From Adineta vaga (taxonomy: Eukaryota; Animalia; Rotifera), in assembly GCA_021613535.1 (NCBI GenBank), contig CP075495.1, positions 15,748,001 to 15,812,000 on the forward strand: 64,000 bases of DNA. The letters run 5' to 3'. The stretch's first letter is position 1. Each line of letters starts with the position of its first letter. Made by a program: the position numbers and the translations under genes. Below the pieces are notes generated by a model. The model saw only the letters and a program-made list of their open reading frames with translations, was not told the DNA's origin and did not search any database. Below, piece by piece: positions 1 to 12,733 of the stretch.

Positions 1-516
1 TTCAATTGCATTTATAGTTGAAAGATTTAATGAAGAAAGATTTGGTAAGAAAATTAATTGTTCAATTATATCTTTTATTTCTATTGATCTAATAGTTTCA
101 ATAATAAGTGTTTGAAGTGATGTCATTTGTGAAAAGATAAATGTATTTTTATCGAACATAAAATAATTTGAAATTCGAAAAATATCAATTCGTTGTTTAT
201 TTGGTTGAATTATATCTTCATTATAACAATTGAATGTTGTTTCAGACATTAAAAATAAATTGATTGTTAATGGAAAAGTTGATTTGATAAGAAAAGAACG
301 AAATCGATAATTAAGATTGAAGAAACGTTCATAAATATGATAAAAATTAAGATAATCAAATATTTCATAGATAAGTTCATTGGCAAGATGTTCGAATTGT
401 GTAATACTAAAAGATTTTATTAGCTCATTTGTTGTTAATGTTAAGAATCGTTTTCGATCATTTGTTTCATGAAAATTATCAAAACTTTTACTTCGTTGAC
501 GTTTCTTTTGTTCCAT
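1..516 (-). CDS. F-box/LRR-like protein of the rotifer-expanded type, 5' part; runs off the window
   Basis: Manually translated open frame from ATG 516 to the window edge: MEQKKRQRSK...TQFEHLANELIYEIFDYLNFYHIYERFFNLNYRFRSFL (F-box-like motif), followed by LxxLxL repeats. Missing from the ORF track because no stop lies in the window. Confidence 0.75.
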   Translation of the reverse strand, partial: MEQKKRQRSKSFDNFHETNDRKRFLTLTTNELIKSFSITQFEHLANELIYEIFDYLNFYHIYERFFNLNYRFRSFLIKSTFPLTINLFLMSETTFNCYNEDIIQPNKQRIDIFRISNYFMFDKNTFIFSQMTSLQTLIIETIRSIEIKDIIEQLIFLPNLSSLNLSTINAIE

Positions 517-1137
517 TGAAAATGATCGAAAATATTTGAATGAAAATTAAGATTTAGAAAAGAAAAGAAAAGAAAAGAAATCATCCACGTTTTATCTGTT
601 CACGTCTGTGATAGTTTTAGAGAGAGTGAAAAGAAAATATTTTATATTCTTCGTCGATGAATCATTTACAGTTCATAAAAATCATTAGTTATTTCTAATA
701 AGACCAATCGAATTAAAATAAATCGACATTTGAAATCATCAAGATAATCAATATGGAACAATTTTGTTCATTCAATATAAAACTTTGTATTCTTTTTATT
801 TCTCCTTTCTAAAAATTTGTCTTGATTTTATTTGAACGAGAGACAATGTATATTCATTAATTATAAGAAGATTTAATCATATGAAAACATAGTTTTCTAA
901 TCCACCGGTAAAATTTCAGTTAGTTGTTACAATAAGCTTTATGAACGTTGTTTTCTATATGTATACATTGTATTACAGTCTTAGACGCACCTATGAAATC
1001 TGATAGGAATCAACATCGAACTGCTGATCGACTTCGAAATGAATCAAGTGAATCTATTTGAAGTGATGTTAATTGACGAATGTTTTGATACTTTTTTAAA
1101 GTTAAGTTTAATATCAATATTGAACAAAAAAAAGAAT

Positions 1138-1550
1138 AGGAAGAGAATCGTTTAATGTTTAATAAAAATACTCTTTACAGATCTTTTTTTCTCATCACTT
1201 TTGATCGAGATTCTTCTTTGTTACTATGTTGATTTTTGTTTTGCTTTTCTATCTTCATAAAGATCTTCATGTCCAAGCTTCTGTTACTACTACTTTAATT
1301 CGTTGTGGTGTTTCAAATCCAGTGTTTTTACAAGTTGTTTGAACTTCTTTAAGAACTAAATCTATAAATGCATCATCATCAACTAGTTTTTGCCAATCTC
1401 TTTCTCCAAAATGATTTTCAGTAAAATTCTAAAAAGAAGAAAAAAAACGAAGAAATTAAACCTTTTCAATACTTATATCGACTTAGTTTTGCAGTTGGAT
1501 AAATCAATGCAACTGTGTATTCTGATGAAGCTGACGTACATAAACAATAT
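1138..1550 (-). pseudogene. Decayed partial duplicate of the 3' end of the neighbouring acyl-CoA synthetase gene
   Basis: Aligns with ~1960-2500 (e.g. TGTCCAAGCTTCTGT, GAACTTCTTTAAGAACTAAATC, TTTGCCAATCTCTTTCTCCAAAA). Includes the last intron and 3'UTR, with internal deletions. Confidence 0.85.
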
Positions 1551-1995
1551 AAAATTGATTTCAATCTCATTGTTATTTGTAACATTATACAGATAAACAT
1601 ATTTCGTTTTTCATTTACTTATTTATCTTACAAATGAGTCGTTTAACTTCATTTCAACAGCACACGTTTTATATTGCTGAACGGTTTTTTTTCCCCTTAG
1701 CTATTCACTTTGATATGTATAGGAATAAATTGAAATTGTTTTCAAATTGACGAATAAAAAGATCGAGGAAATGTTGATTGTCGAGTGAAAGTGTGAATGA
1801 AATTTGGATCAAGTTTCATAAAAACTGAAGAAAAAAGTTTTATTGAGAAGAAGATCCTTAATAGTATAAAAAGAAAAAGAAAACATATATAGTTATAATA
1901 AAATACAGTTTAAAAGTGGAAGCAGGATACATGATTTTATTTGAAGAAAACAAAAGGAAAAGAAGAGAATTGTTCATGTTTAATAAAAATACTTT

Positions 1996-4856
1996 TTAAA
2001 GATCTTTTTTCTTTTCATTATTATCATTTGAAATAACATCTTTTGCCACATCGGTTGGATTTTCATTAGAACTATTTTTCTTTGTTGATGATTTTTGTTT
2101 TGGTTTTCTATCTTCATAAAGACCTTCAATATCATCTTTATAATTTTGTTCAATAGCTTTTCGTTTTAATTTTAATGCATCAGTAACAAGACCAGTTTCA
2201 GGTGTCCAAGCTTCTGTGACTACTTTAACACGCTGTGGTGTTTCAAATCTTTCAATTCCACCATTTTTACACGCTGTTTGAACTTCTTTAAGAACTAAAT
2301 CAATAAATGCATCATCATCAACTAATTTTTGCCAATCTCTTTCTCCAAAATTATTTTCAGTAAAATTCTAAAAAGAAGAAACAAACGAATAAGTAAAATG
2401 AAGAAAATAAATTTATCGATACTTACTCCCATTAGTTTAGTATTTGGACAAATCAATGCAACTGTATATTCTGATGATCCTGATGCACATAAACAACAAT
2501 TTTCAATAAAACGTATTTTACTCATTGCCATTTCAACTTTTGTTAATGAAACATATTCTCCACCACGTAATTTAACCAAATCTTTCTTTCGATCTAAACA
2601 AAGAAAAAAGATTTTTAGATAGATGAAAAAAAAGGAAGGTTCAAAATACAAACCAATAATTTTTAAAGTTCCATCAGGAAATATTTCACCAATATCTCCT
2701 GTACAAAAATATTTTGTTCCATTAATATCTATAAAATTTTCATTTTCTTTTTTCCCAGCTTCACCAAAATATCCATTAGCAACAACTTTTCCACCAATAA
2801 GAATTTCTCCACGTGGATTTGGTTTATCGGTATTTTTATATCGACCTTCTTCCCAATCAACTAAACGTATTTCACATGAAACAAGTGGATATCCTGTACG
2901 ACCAACAGTTACATCATATTCTTCAAAAAAAACAAAAAGAAGAAATAAAAATCTTTCATAAACGAAATATTTATAACATACGATCAGCAATTGTTCCTCC
3001 AGCACATGTTTCAGTTAAACCATAACCTTGAAAGAGTGTGACACAAAGTGCAGCTTGAACAAAACGTTGTGTCTCTTCACCTAAAAGAGCTCCACCAGAT
3101 AACATTGTTTTAACTCGTCCACCAAGAACTAATTGATTAAAACGTGAAAAAATCAATCTAAATTGACGAAAAAAATCAATTTGATTTTCTTTTAAAAAGT
3201 AGTTCGTACTTATCAAGATGTGGACTTTCAAGACCAAGTTCCAAACGTTTAACTTTTATTTTATATGATAAACGAAATAATTGTCGTGTAACAAAATTTG
3301 ATAGACCAATTTTTTCATTAACAGCTTTATGAATACGATCAAGAATTGTCTGAAATTAAAGAGAATTCATTTATTTCAAATAAAAAAGAAAACAATTATG
3401 ACATACAGGTACACAAGTCATTAAATGTGGACGAAGAACTTGTAAATCACCTTTTTGACCACGTTTTATAGCTGTTGATTGATCAGTTAAGGTTTGTGGT
3501 GATGAATAACCACATTTAACACCCAAAAAAAAGACAAGAATTTCTATTTAAAAAGAAAAAGAACGAAAAATAAAGAATTCTTTTGAGAAAATTCAAATCA
3601 ACAAACCACAACAGAGTTCAAGAATATGTGCTAATGGTAAATAAGCAATATAAATATCATTATCAGGATCAACCATTGGAAAAACACGTTCTTTTTGACC
3701 TGTCATTGCAGCAATTACATTTTCATGTTTAATTAAAACACCTAAAAAAACAAATTTTCTTTTCTTTTAAAATTCATGTAAATAAACCTCATCATCAGAA
3801 GTAAAAGTTTTATTTTTACCTTTTGGTGTTCCAGTACTTCCACTTGTATACATAATAACTGCAATATCTGTCTTTATTGGTCGTTTATTTAAAGTTTGTT
3901 CATCTAAGAAAAAGAGATTTGTTTTTTTGTTTCAAATAGAAATAAAAATACCAATTTGTGCATTTTTTCCTTGTTCTTCTAATTGACTTAATGAAAGAAA
4001 AGTAATTGTTTTCTTATCTTGTGGAACTTTAGCAGATGCTGGTTTAGCTACAGCAGGAAAATAAATAACATGACGAACTTTTTCCATTTCATCCAATGTT
4101 TTCTAAATTATTAAAGATAAAAAAAATTGAATAAGAAAATTTTCGTAAAAGAATAATTATTACTTCAAGTTTTGAAGTAAGTTCTTGTGATGTTATGATA
4201 ATTTTAACTTCGGATTCATTAATTGCATATTTAACAGCTTCATCTCCCAATGTTGAATAAAGTGTAACAAGTGTTAAACCATGACGAAATGCCGCAAATG
4301 CAGTTAGTAACCATTCAGGACGTGTTTCCGAATAAATCAATATTCGATCACCTTTTTTCGCACCAATTGATAATAAACCACGACCAATTGCATCAATTCT
4401 TGCGCATGCTTCTCGATATGTTGTAAACTTATATTCACCCAAATCATATTTTTTAAAAACTTTTCCATTTGGTTGTGTTTCATCTTCAACACCAATAATT
4501 TCTCTTACACCTAATGTTTCTTTATCAGCATGACGTTCAAGACAAAGATCAGGTATAACAGCTAATGTTTCAACATCATCTTCAGGTTGTGTTCGAAGTT
4601 CATCAATAACTTCAACTGCTCGATAAGGTGATGATGGATCATTATCATCAATTAATTTTGCTCGAATTCGTCGTTGTTCATTTCGTTTTTGATCATCTTT
4701 TCCCAATGTTGTTATATAATTCCAAAATGTTGGTAAATGAACAAACAAAAATGCTATTATATAGATTAATGTTGCTCGAATTAATGCTAAGAAAAATCGA
4801 CGAAAAACAGTATTTACTGTTGTACTGAATAAACGACTAAATACAGTTGGAGACAT
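1996..4856 (-). CDS. ACSL3/ACSL4: Long-chain fatty acyl-CoA synthetase (ACSL3/4 family), multi-exon
   Basis: Motifs [70 protein letters not shown]-terminal hydrophobic anchor. Start MSPTVF at 4856; TAA at 1996-1998; short GT-AG introns. Confidence 0.95.
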
Positions 4857-5079
4857 TCTAAAGAGAAAGAGAGAACATTGATTTGAATAATTATTCAATA
4901 AACTTACTTTTTATTGTTTATTCAAAATGAATAATAAAAATCATTGAAATTAAAAAAAAAGTTCAGATCTTAAAAAAAGAAAAAAAAACAAATTTCTTTC
5001 GGAAAAGAAATTCTCCAAAAGAATAACACATGTCTGTCTTTTTTTTATTCTAATCAACAAAAACAAAACAAAAAGATTA

Positions 5080-8064
5080 TCAAGAATTTTCTTCTTCTGA
5101 ATCAACAGACATTGTTGATAAACGATCAAATGACATTTGATCAGTTGAATCATTTTCTCTATAAAAAAAATATTTTCTTTTCAAATTTCTTTTAAAAAAA
5201 CTAAAACAAACTTTGTTATTTGATTTTCAATTGGTAATAACATTCGTTTTAATGAATCAATACAATAATGATCAATTGATGGTAATAAATAAGCTGGTGT
5301 TGATAAAAACTATATTGAGAAAAAGGGTTTTTGTTGTATTCTGAGAGAAAAGAAAAGAAACAAACTTGTTGATTAAGATGATTTATTCGTTGATTTAATT
5401 TTGTTAAATCATCAAATGATTTTGGTTTATTGATTTCAAAATCATTTTGTGATTGACGAATTAAATTAACTAAAAGATTTTTTTCAACATTTTCCATTTC
5501 TAATTTCCCATTAATTGGTATTAAATCATTTTCTTCTTCATTATCATCAATAAATGTTTTTAAACCCTAAAAAGAAAGATAAAATTCTTTGAATTTCATT
5601 TCATTCTTCTTACTTCTTGTGGAATATAAAATATTAATCTTGAATGTTGAAGTGGAACAAATGATGAGGATTTTTCATTTGGTATATAAGAAGCTGATGT
5701 TACACGACGAAATAATGAACTTTTACGTGAATGACATTTTCCATCGGAGAATGAATAAAAATGAACTAAATTTTAAAAAGAAAAAAATTTCTTTTTTTTT
5801 AAGAAAAGAAGAAAAACTTACGAAAACTTTTATCAAAAAGAGCAATAAATGATGATCTTGGATCTTTCGCTAAAGCATGAACATGCCATGAAAATGATTT
5901 AATAAATTGTCCATTTAAACAATTCCAAAGATTAACTAAACTTTTATGACAAACAAGAATTTGATCTGATGATGAATGAATATATTCAACTGAATTTTTT
6001 CGATCATAATGAGCAAAACAACGTGAATATTCATAATGTGATTCTTCATCTGTTATTTTATCATTTATTGTATCAATCCAAACAGTTACCAAATGTTCAA
6101 ATGAACAACATAAATTGATTTGATTTGTTGTTGATAATTTATAATAACATAAAGCATTACTTGAATATGAACGATGTGTATATGCTGATAAACAACGCCA
6201 ATGTGATACTCGTTTAGTTATTGGATTTTCTTGAATAAAAGTCCAAACTTTTAGAAAACCATCATTTCCTGTTGTTGCTAATTCAAGTTTTGATGGATGA
6301 AATAACATTTGATTTAATGTTTCTTGTCCATGTGGATATGTTATACTTGTATTTAATTCAAATTGATTTGTATTTAAATTAAATTTCCAAAAACGAAGTT
6401 TTCTTTCATTTTGATGATCATCATTAATTGAATTTGTTGATCGTTCTTCAAATGTAACTAACCATGTATCTAAAAAAGAACATTTTCTTATTAACTAAAA
6501 TTCTAATTGAATTGAAAATGAAAAATAAACCTGTTGAATCAATAATTAAACGTTTAATATCAGTAAAAACACATTGATCTGTTAATTCATTTGGTGAAAC
6601 ATAATTTTCTCCAACAATATCCAACTAAAAACAAAGAAAACTGATTATTTTCAATGATTTATATTCTTTCGTCTTACATTATAAAGTAATTTTCCATTTT
6701 CAATTGACATAAATTGAAGATAACCAGGTTTTCCACTATTCATTACAAGGGATTGTTGACGAGCAAAAACATGAATACCAGCTGGTAAACTCGCTTGTTG
6801 TGGAAGAAACATTTGATTAATTCCTCCAATTGTTTGTTGAATTGATAAATTACTTCCAATTAAATGAAATGCTAAATAAAATTATTTGAAATATTTATTA
6901 AATTGAAAAAAAAACGTTGTCCTTACTATTATCTGAATGAGTTGTTGCACAAAATGTTTGATCATTTGATGAATTAATATGAAGAATTGGTGCACCGAGA
7001 CGTGGACGAAATGTTGGTTCATTTTTTCTATAAAGCCATTTAACAAGAACACATTCATGACCACCAGAAAATAAATATGAACCATCAAATGAAAATGTTA
7101 AACAAAGAACAGGTAATGAATGCCAATGTAAATATGATATTGTTGGTTCTTTATTATTATTTGTTGAATTTAAATAATTATACCAAAGAACAATTCTTCC
7201 TGATTGTGTTCCTAATGCTAAACATTCTTCATTAGGATGAATTTGTGCACATATTATTTTTTCATGATAAGATAAATTTTGTTTTGTTATTGCAAAGTTT
7301 TTTATTTGTAAATTTATTAAATTTAACAAATAAATTATTGTTCCATCAGAATTTAGAAATATTCCATATTCACCCTTAAATTAAAGATTTTTATTTCGAT
7401 TTTTAAGAAGAAAAAAAGAAAATTACTTTTTGATCAAATGAAATACATGTTGGAAGACATGGAAGTTTATCAAATAAAACAATTGGTGAACAATTATGAC
7501 GAACTGATTCAATTCGATGAAGTGAATAGACTAAGAAACAATATTATTGATATCAAATTGATTTTTTCTTAAAGAAATCTTTTACTATTTTTTGTATTTT
7601 TACCAAAAACATATAAACCATGATTTGATATTGAACTTAAATGAATCAATTCCATTTCAAGTTTAATTGTCTAAATAAACTTTGTATTTATTATTATGAG
7701 AAGAAAAATAAAGATTCTTTACATGAATAAGAATACCATCTTCATAATCCCAAACATTGATAAGACCATTCTGTTCTCCAATACATAACTAAATGAAAAG
7801 AAATATTTGAAATTTCATATAAAAAATAGAAAATGATCGAACTTGTAAACGATTATTTGGATTAATAGCTATGCCAATAATTGCTTGTTGATCGTTTGAA
7901 TTTGAAGTTTGATTAATTAATCTTAAACATTCACCTGTTTTAACAATCCAAATATAAACACAACCATCACCAATTGTAAACACATATTTTGAATCTAATG
8001 ATATTAATGGAGGATATTTCATTAATGTTCCAATACCAAATTGACGAATATTTAATTTTTTCAT
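5080..8064 (-). CDS. WDR75: WD40-repeat SSU processome protein WDR75 (Utp17/Nan1), multi-exon
   Basis: LHWHSLPVLCLTFSFDGSYLFSGGHECVLVKW, FRPRLGAPI, SGKPGYLQF, WLVTFEER, KLRFWKF, ATTGNDGFLKVW. C-terminal LPPISKSSSFV-like segment and acidic tail. Confidence 0.9.
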
Positions 8065-8518
8065 TCTTTTAAATTTATCTAAAATTCAAATGAATTGATT
8101 TCAGTAGTTAGATGAATTCTTTTTTTCAATTAATTGATAAAGAGATAACTAATTCTTATTCTTACAATATTCACGTCCAATTCTAATGATTTTATTCTAC
8201 GAAATAAATACAAATAACAATCAAGTTTAGCGACATCTTTATTTCTTCTATGTATTATTAAAAACAATAATATTATTTAAAAAATGTTTTCTTTTAAATA
8301 TTTTCAGTTAATAATTCTTATAAAATAATTTCATTTTTAATAAATCTAAATGATTGATTTATACACCAATGTTAAAATGAGATGATTCATTCTCCATCAT
8401 CATCGTGTTCGTGTATGTCAGCAGAATACGTTACCAACATATGTATACACATTACCTATATATAATAATTTCATATACAAAATGAATTCATGTATTCTCT
8501 TTTTAAGAATAAATGGTG

Positions 8519-8584
8519 TACTGTCAGAAAAATAAAAAATCGTTTCTTTCGTCCAATTAATATGAGATGCAGTTCTGATTAGTG
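8519..8584. mobile_element. Tiny MITE-like element (copy 1; copy 2 at 22779-22848)
   Basis: TA|CTGTCAGAA...TTCTGA degenerate inverted ends. Internal sequence AAAAAxCGTTT.T.TCGT.CAATTAA is shared with copy 2. Confidence 0.5.
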
Positions 8585-8859
8585 ATACCTATATTTCTGT
8601 GGATGGAAAAAGAAATTTCTAATACTCTTTTCTTAAAAAGGATTATCTGGTTGGTGAAGAATTCGTTATTTAATTAATATTACATCATGAAAGAGACTAT
8701 TGCGAACGCCTTTTACAATTAAATTGATGTTGAAAGAAAAACATATGATCAATATCACAGTACATGTTAAACAAAATGAGAAAAACTCCTATAATGTGTA
8801 AGAAATGAAAGACAGAATGATTTTTTTTAGTTTTTATTAATGAAATCAATGAATCTTTC

Positions 8860-9709
8860 TTTTTTTGAACAATTCAAAAATATTTATGAGATATGAAACT
8901 TTTTAATCCATTTATTCAAATAAAAATTTCAATATTTCTTTTGATTTCTAAACTTTTTATTATTGGACACATTCGAAATAAATATGTCAGCTGGTCTCAA
9001 TTATTAGATTCTTCAATGTAAATTGATATAATAAAACAATTCTTTTCTCAAGTAATAAAACATGATATTATCCCATTTTCTAATTGACTTTATAATATTT
9101 TCATCTAATTGAAATGAATGAATTTTTAATATTATTAAATGAGATAAACAATGTAGATTTTGAATTCATTTTTTAAATGATATTTGTTTTATTGAAATCT
9201 CTACATGATATACCACATAACTCAAATTATTGTCTATCGAAAAATTCAATGAATTATAAGAGTTCATTAAACGTAAATAATTTGATGATGAAGAAACAAT
9301 ATTTTCATGTTCGAAAATCTCATTCGATGTTTTTCTAAAACAAGATTATTTAATTACTTTACCTGTATGGATAAATGATATAATTGACATTTTTCTTATC
9401 AATAATTATTTTAAACAACCATTTTCGTTCAATCCAAAATGATGAAGAAAATAGATTTAATTCAAACTAGCTGGACATGTTGAGAATATGTCATATGAAA
9501 TTGTTCCCATCGATTTGCATCAAGCAATTTTTCGATCATTTGAATGAGAAATCGATAAGATTTTTTACTTGATTTTGAAAATAATTTAGTTGAAGATATT
9601 TTATTAATATTGACGATGAATTAAGTAATTGTTGAAATCGACAATTAAGATTTGAAAATATTTGAACTATTTCATAATCATTGAAATATTCAAATAAATC
9701 ATAAAATAT
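8860..9709 (-). pseudogene. Degraded F-box/LRR gene
   Basis: FYDLFEYFNDYEIVQIFSNLNCRFQQLLNSS resembles the intact F-box genes in this window. Followed by stops and frameshifts; 5' end truncated. Confidence 0.6.
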
Positions 9710-9790
9710 TTATCGGTGTGAAGCTATAGCACGACGGAACTAACATGATGAATCAAAGATTTAGCTAAAAAGTTTTTTGTAAACTATAAG

Positions 9791-9894
9791 GGTTCAACTG
9801 CACTTCTATGACACCATTACATTCAATTAATATATTACACACACAATCAGAGTAAGGGTGACGGGGAAGGGTGTTACTAAAGTGCAGTTGTACC
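9791..9894. mobile_element. ~104-bp MITE with 25-bp imperfect TIRs
   Basis: Left end GGTTCAACTGCACTTCTATGACACC; reverse complement of right end GGTACAACTGCACTTTAGTAACACC. Confidence 0.65.
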
Positions 9895-10777
9895 GAATGT
9901 ATCATATATTGAGAAAAGTTTATTGAAAAAAAAAATCAAATAATATAAACTTTCATCAAGTCTAATTAAAAAAAGAAAAAAATTTGACAACTACAGGAAA
10001 ATAACAATGCAAAGAAAATGTTTCTTTATGATTATTAATAAATTGATTTGAGATGAAACATTTTTTGATCATCTTTGCCATGATCGATTTTTTTTCGCAT
10101 TCTAAAAGACAAGTAAAACAATATAATAAAATTGATATGTTGAATAGATATATATATGATTACAGTATTAGATATATTAAACAAGATATTGAAAATAGAA
10201 CTTTCGTTATGTCATTATTTCAATATATTCACATCGAAATTCAAAATGAGTAAAAAGTTTTTTGACATGTTATTCGAATTAATCAATGTATGTTATAATT
10301 AACCGCTTAAAGATTGCTTCTTCGTCGTCTATTACATTAATGTTAATTAAACTCATTTTTTAAAGTTTTATCTGATGAAAAAAAGGTTATTGTTTGTAAA
10401 ATAGAATCTATTATTACAAATCTTTGACTCTTTATATTATTTTCTAAAAGATATTTAGAAGAATTTGAAGAAAAAAAGATCTAAGAATGAAAAATGTCAT
10501 TATTCGAATAGAGAAACAAATTGATATTATTATTGTTCAAAAGATAATTATTGACAAAAATCTTCTACAAATTTATTTATGATTAACACTTACATCCGTT
10601 TATTTTTCAAATAAATGTCCAAGTTAAATGATCACAAAATTCTATGATGTATTTATTATACTAATTATCTCAAATCTTTCTAAATAGAACTATTCTAATA
10701 TAAATTTTCAATTTGATAAAAATATCTTACTCGAAAGTAGACTTATTAATCAATTCAAAACTTGTTCCCTTGTAAAT

Positions 10778-11065
10778 TCAATCATGAGCTGTGTCCATTT
10801 CATGTTTATCATGACATTCAACAAGGTCAAAGTGAACTGAATTCTTGACATTATTAATATCAAATGGCATATTATCAATAGCTTTCGTAGCTAGTTCCAA
10901 TAATTTATATGCTTCATTAACTAATTCATCAATTGAATCACCAGCAACACCACCCATCAAATCGACAATTGGTTCATAATAACCATCTCCATAGGAGCCA
11001 TCATCTTCAACAAGATATATCAATATAATATGATATTTGTCATCTATCGATGAGATTTTCTTCAT
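10778..11065 (-). CDS. Small HicB-like (UPF0150-type) protein, 95 aa; candidate horizontally acquired gene
   Basis: MKKISSIDDKYHIILIYLVEDDGSYGDGYYEPIVDLMGGVAGDSIDELVNEAYKLLELA resembles the HicB N-domain pattern Y-h-h-..EDG.y....DL.G....G(D/E)(T/S).(D/E)E....A...L.L. Probable 5' intron ending TTTCTTTAG at ~11098. Confidence 0.55.
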   Translation of the reverse strand: MKKISSIDDKYHIILIYLVEDDGSYGDGYYEPIVDLMGGVAGDSIDELVNEAYKLLELATKAIDNMPFDINNVKNSVHFDLVECHDKHEMDTAHD

Positions 11066-11450
11066 ATTAAGATCAGACACGATGAATATGACAAGAACTA
11101 AAGAAAAAAAAATAAAGTAATTGATTTATTTATTTCAACCAATGAAAAATTCATATTCTATCTTAATTAAAAAGTTTTAAATAAACAAATGTGAATATTT
11201 TCGAAAATCTCTACAAATGGCGCGAAATATCAATATGCTTTTCTAACATCTTCAAACTGATGAAATCCAACTCATAACAATAGACGCGGCGCAAGTCGGA
11301 TATGAGAAAGAATCTCACTCCTGTATTTCAAGCTCAATGGTAGATTTCTTCTATTTCAATAATATTTCTAATCAGTTTTCTTTGGGTTGAAAAAAATTAC
11401 GCATTATCATTCTGTTTTCTTACTTTTAAAATTGACGTTTCTAAATATTA

Positions 11451-12733
11451 TTCCCTGGACGGAAAGAAGGGTCATATGAAAAAAAAGGTTGTGTGTGTGT
11501 ATTTGTCTGTCTGTGTCAGGGTCAAAGGTCAGCATCCAAAATAGGAAGACTCAACGTGAGAAGTATATGATCAAAAGGTCAAAGGTTACGAGTCAAAAAA
11601 TATTTCTTCGAAATTGTCCATAAAGTCAAAAGAATTCGATACGCGATGGATTCTAACGTCAAACAAACAAGTTTCTAAAATTCTAGGGTTATTCAATGAC
11701 ACAACCGTTTTTGATAATGAGACTTGTACCGATGAGAGTTTTTCATGGTCTAGTATCACTCACATTTGTTTCTGTGACCTTAGATTTTGGATCGATCATG
11801 TTTCTTCGTTCAAGAAATCCAGCCAATTACGGATTTTTCGATACTCGCCTATGGGCCGATATAAGGTTTTATCAGGCTAGATATTGAGTCAGTCGAAAAT
11901 TCTATAATGGTTTGTTCATTCGACTGTGGTGAGGATCATACGAAAAAAACGTTTTGCATCTGTATTTGGGAATGCCGATGTGGGTCAAGAGAATATCGTT
12001 TAGGACTTGATATAGCTTAAAAACGCATGGTTATGGTACAGTCAAGAGATTCTGAAGGGCTACATTATGAAGGTATTCATAGCTTCTGAAAAGAGCAATT
12101 TTAATAAGCTTATATGGCTATAAAATCTGTAGAAAAGATAAGACTACACGACAGAAGACTACAGAAGCTATAAAAATATTTGAGACGTTAAAGTGTGAAG
12201 TCGTAGTTTATTTACAGACATATATATATTAATGTCTAATGTATGTATGTGCCTATTGGATTTTAGTTCAACGTTTTAAAGTGTGAACCCTTAATAAGAA
12301 AGAAATGCCACGCAGTATATACGTGTTTACGCTGACGCCATCAAAATGCCATGGTAAATGCATGAAGTCTATTAACGTGCTTCTTTCGTTCAGTATGAAA
12401 TAAATTAGCAGTAAGCATGTGAATATATATGGTATTTTCATCAGTTTCTTCGACACTTCAAACACATCTTCATTTAAAGAACAGAAAGTAATTCCGGAAT
12501 TCACTCCATCATTTGAAACAATAGCGAGCAGTGATTTGTCATATAAGATTCCAAAGGGATGTTGAAGTTTTTACAGTTTGTATGAAATTACACCTCACTG
12601 ACAATGTAACACATCTTTTCATGAGACTGCACACAACGGAAGCTTTTGAAGCGCATTTACAGAGGACATAATTTAGGCTGATTAATGAGCATTCAGTCGA
12701 GGGTCGAGCAGCCTCGACGAGCGTTATTTCTAG
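11451..12733 (+). mobile_element. Non-autonomous Helitron/Helentron-type element (DINE/HINE-like), long copy
   Basis: 5' TTCCCTGGACGGAAAGAAGGGTCATATGAAAA, then a GT/GTCT microsatellite and TGTCAGGGTCAAAGGTCA. 3' subterminal inverted repeat AGTCGAGGG (12695-12703), hairpin GTCGAG-CAGC-CTCGAC, terminus CTAG (12730-12733). Both ends shared with 17803-18208. Confidence 0.7.

Noticed and set aside
2329-3025. Plus-strand ORFs here and many other short F/I/L/K-rich ORFs in the track
   Set aside because: Antisense shadows of real genes, or chance ORFs in AT-rich DNA.
11255-11360. Possible hammerhead ribozyme (CTGATGA...GAAA)
   Set aside because: Stem II is poorly registered and no stem I pairing exists around the core. 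A similar partial match at ~15408 also fails.
12268-12690. Helentron endonuclease remnant inside the long element
   Set aside because: Only a vague TLIDF..NTY resemblance, with no catalytic motifs.
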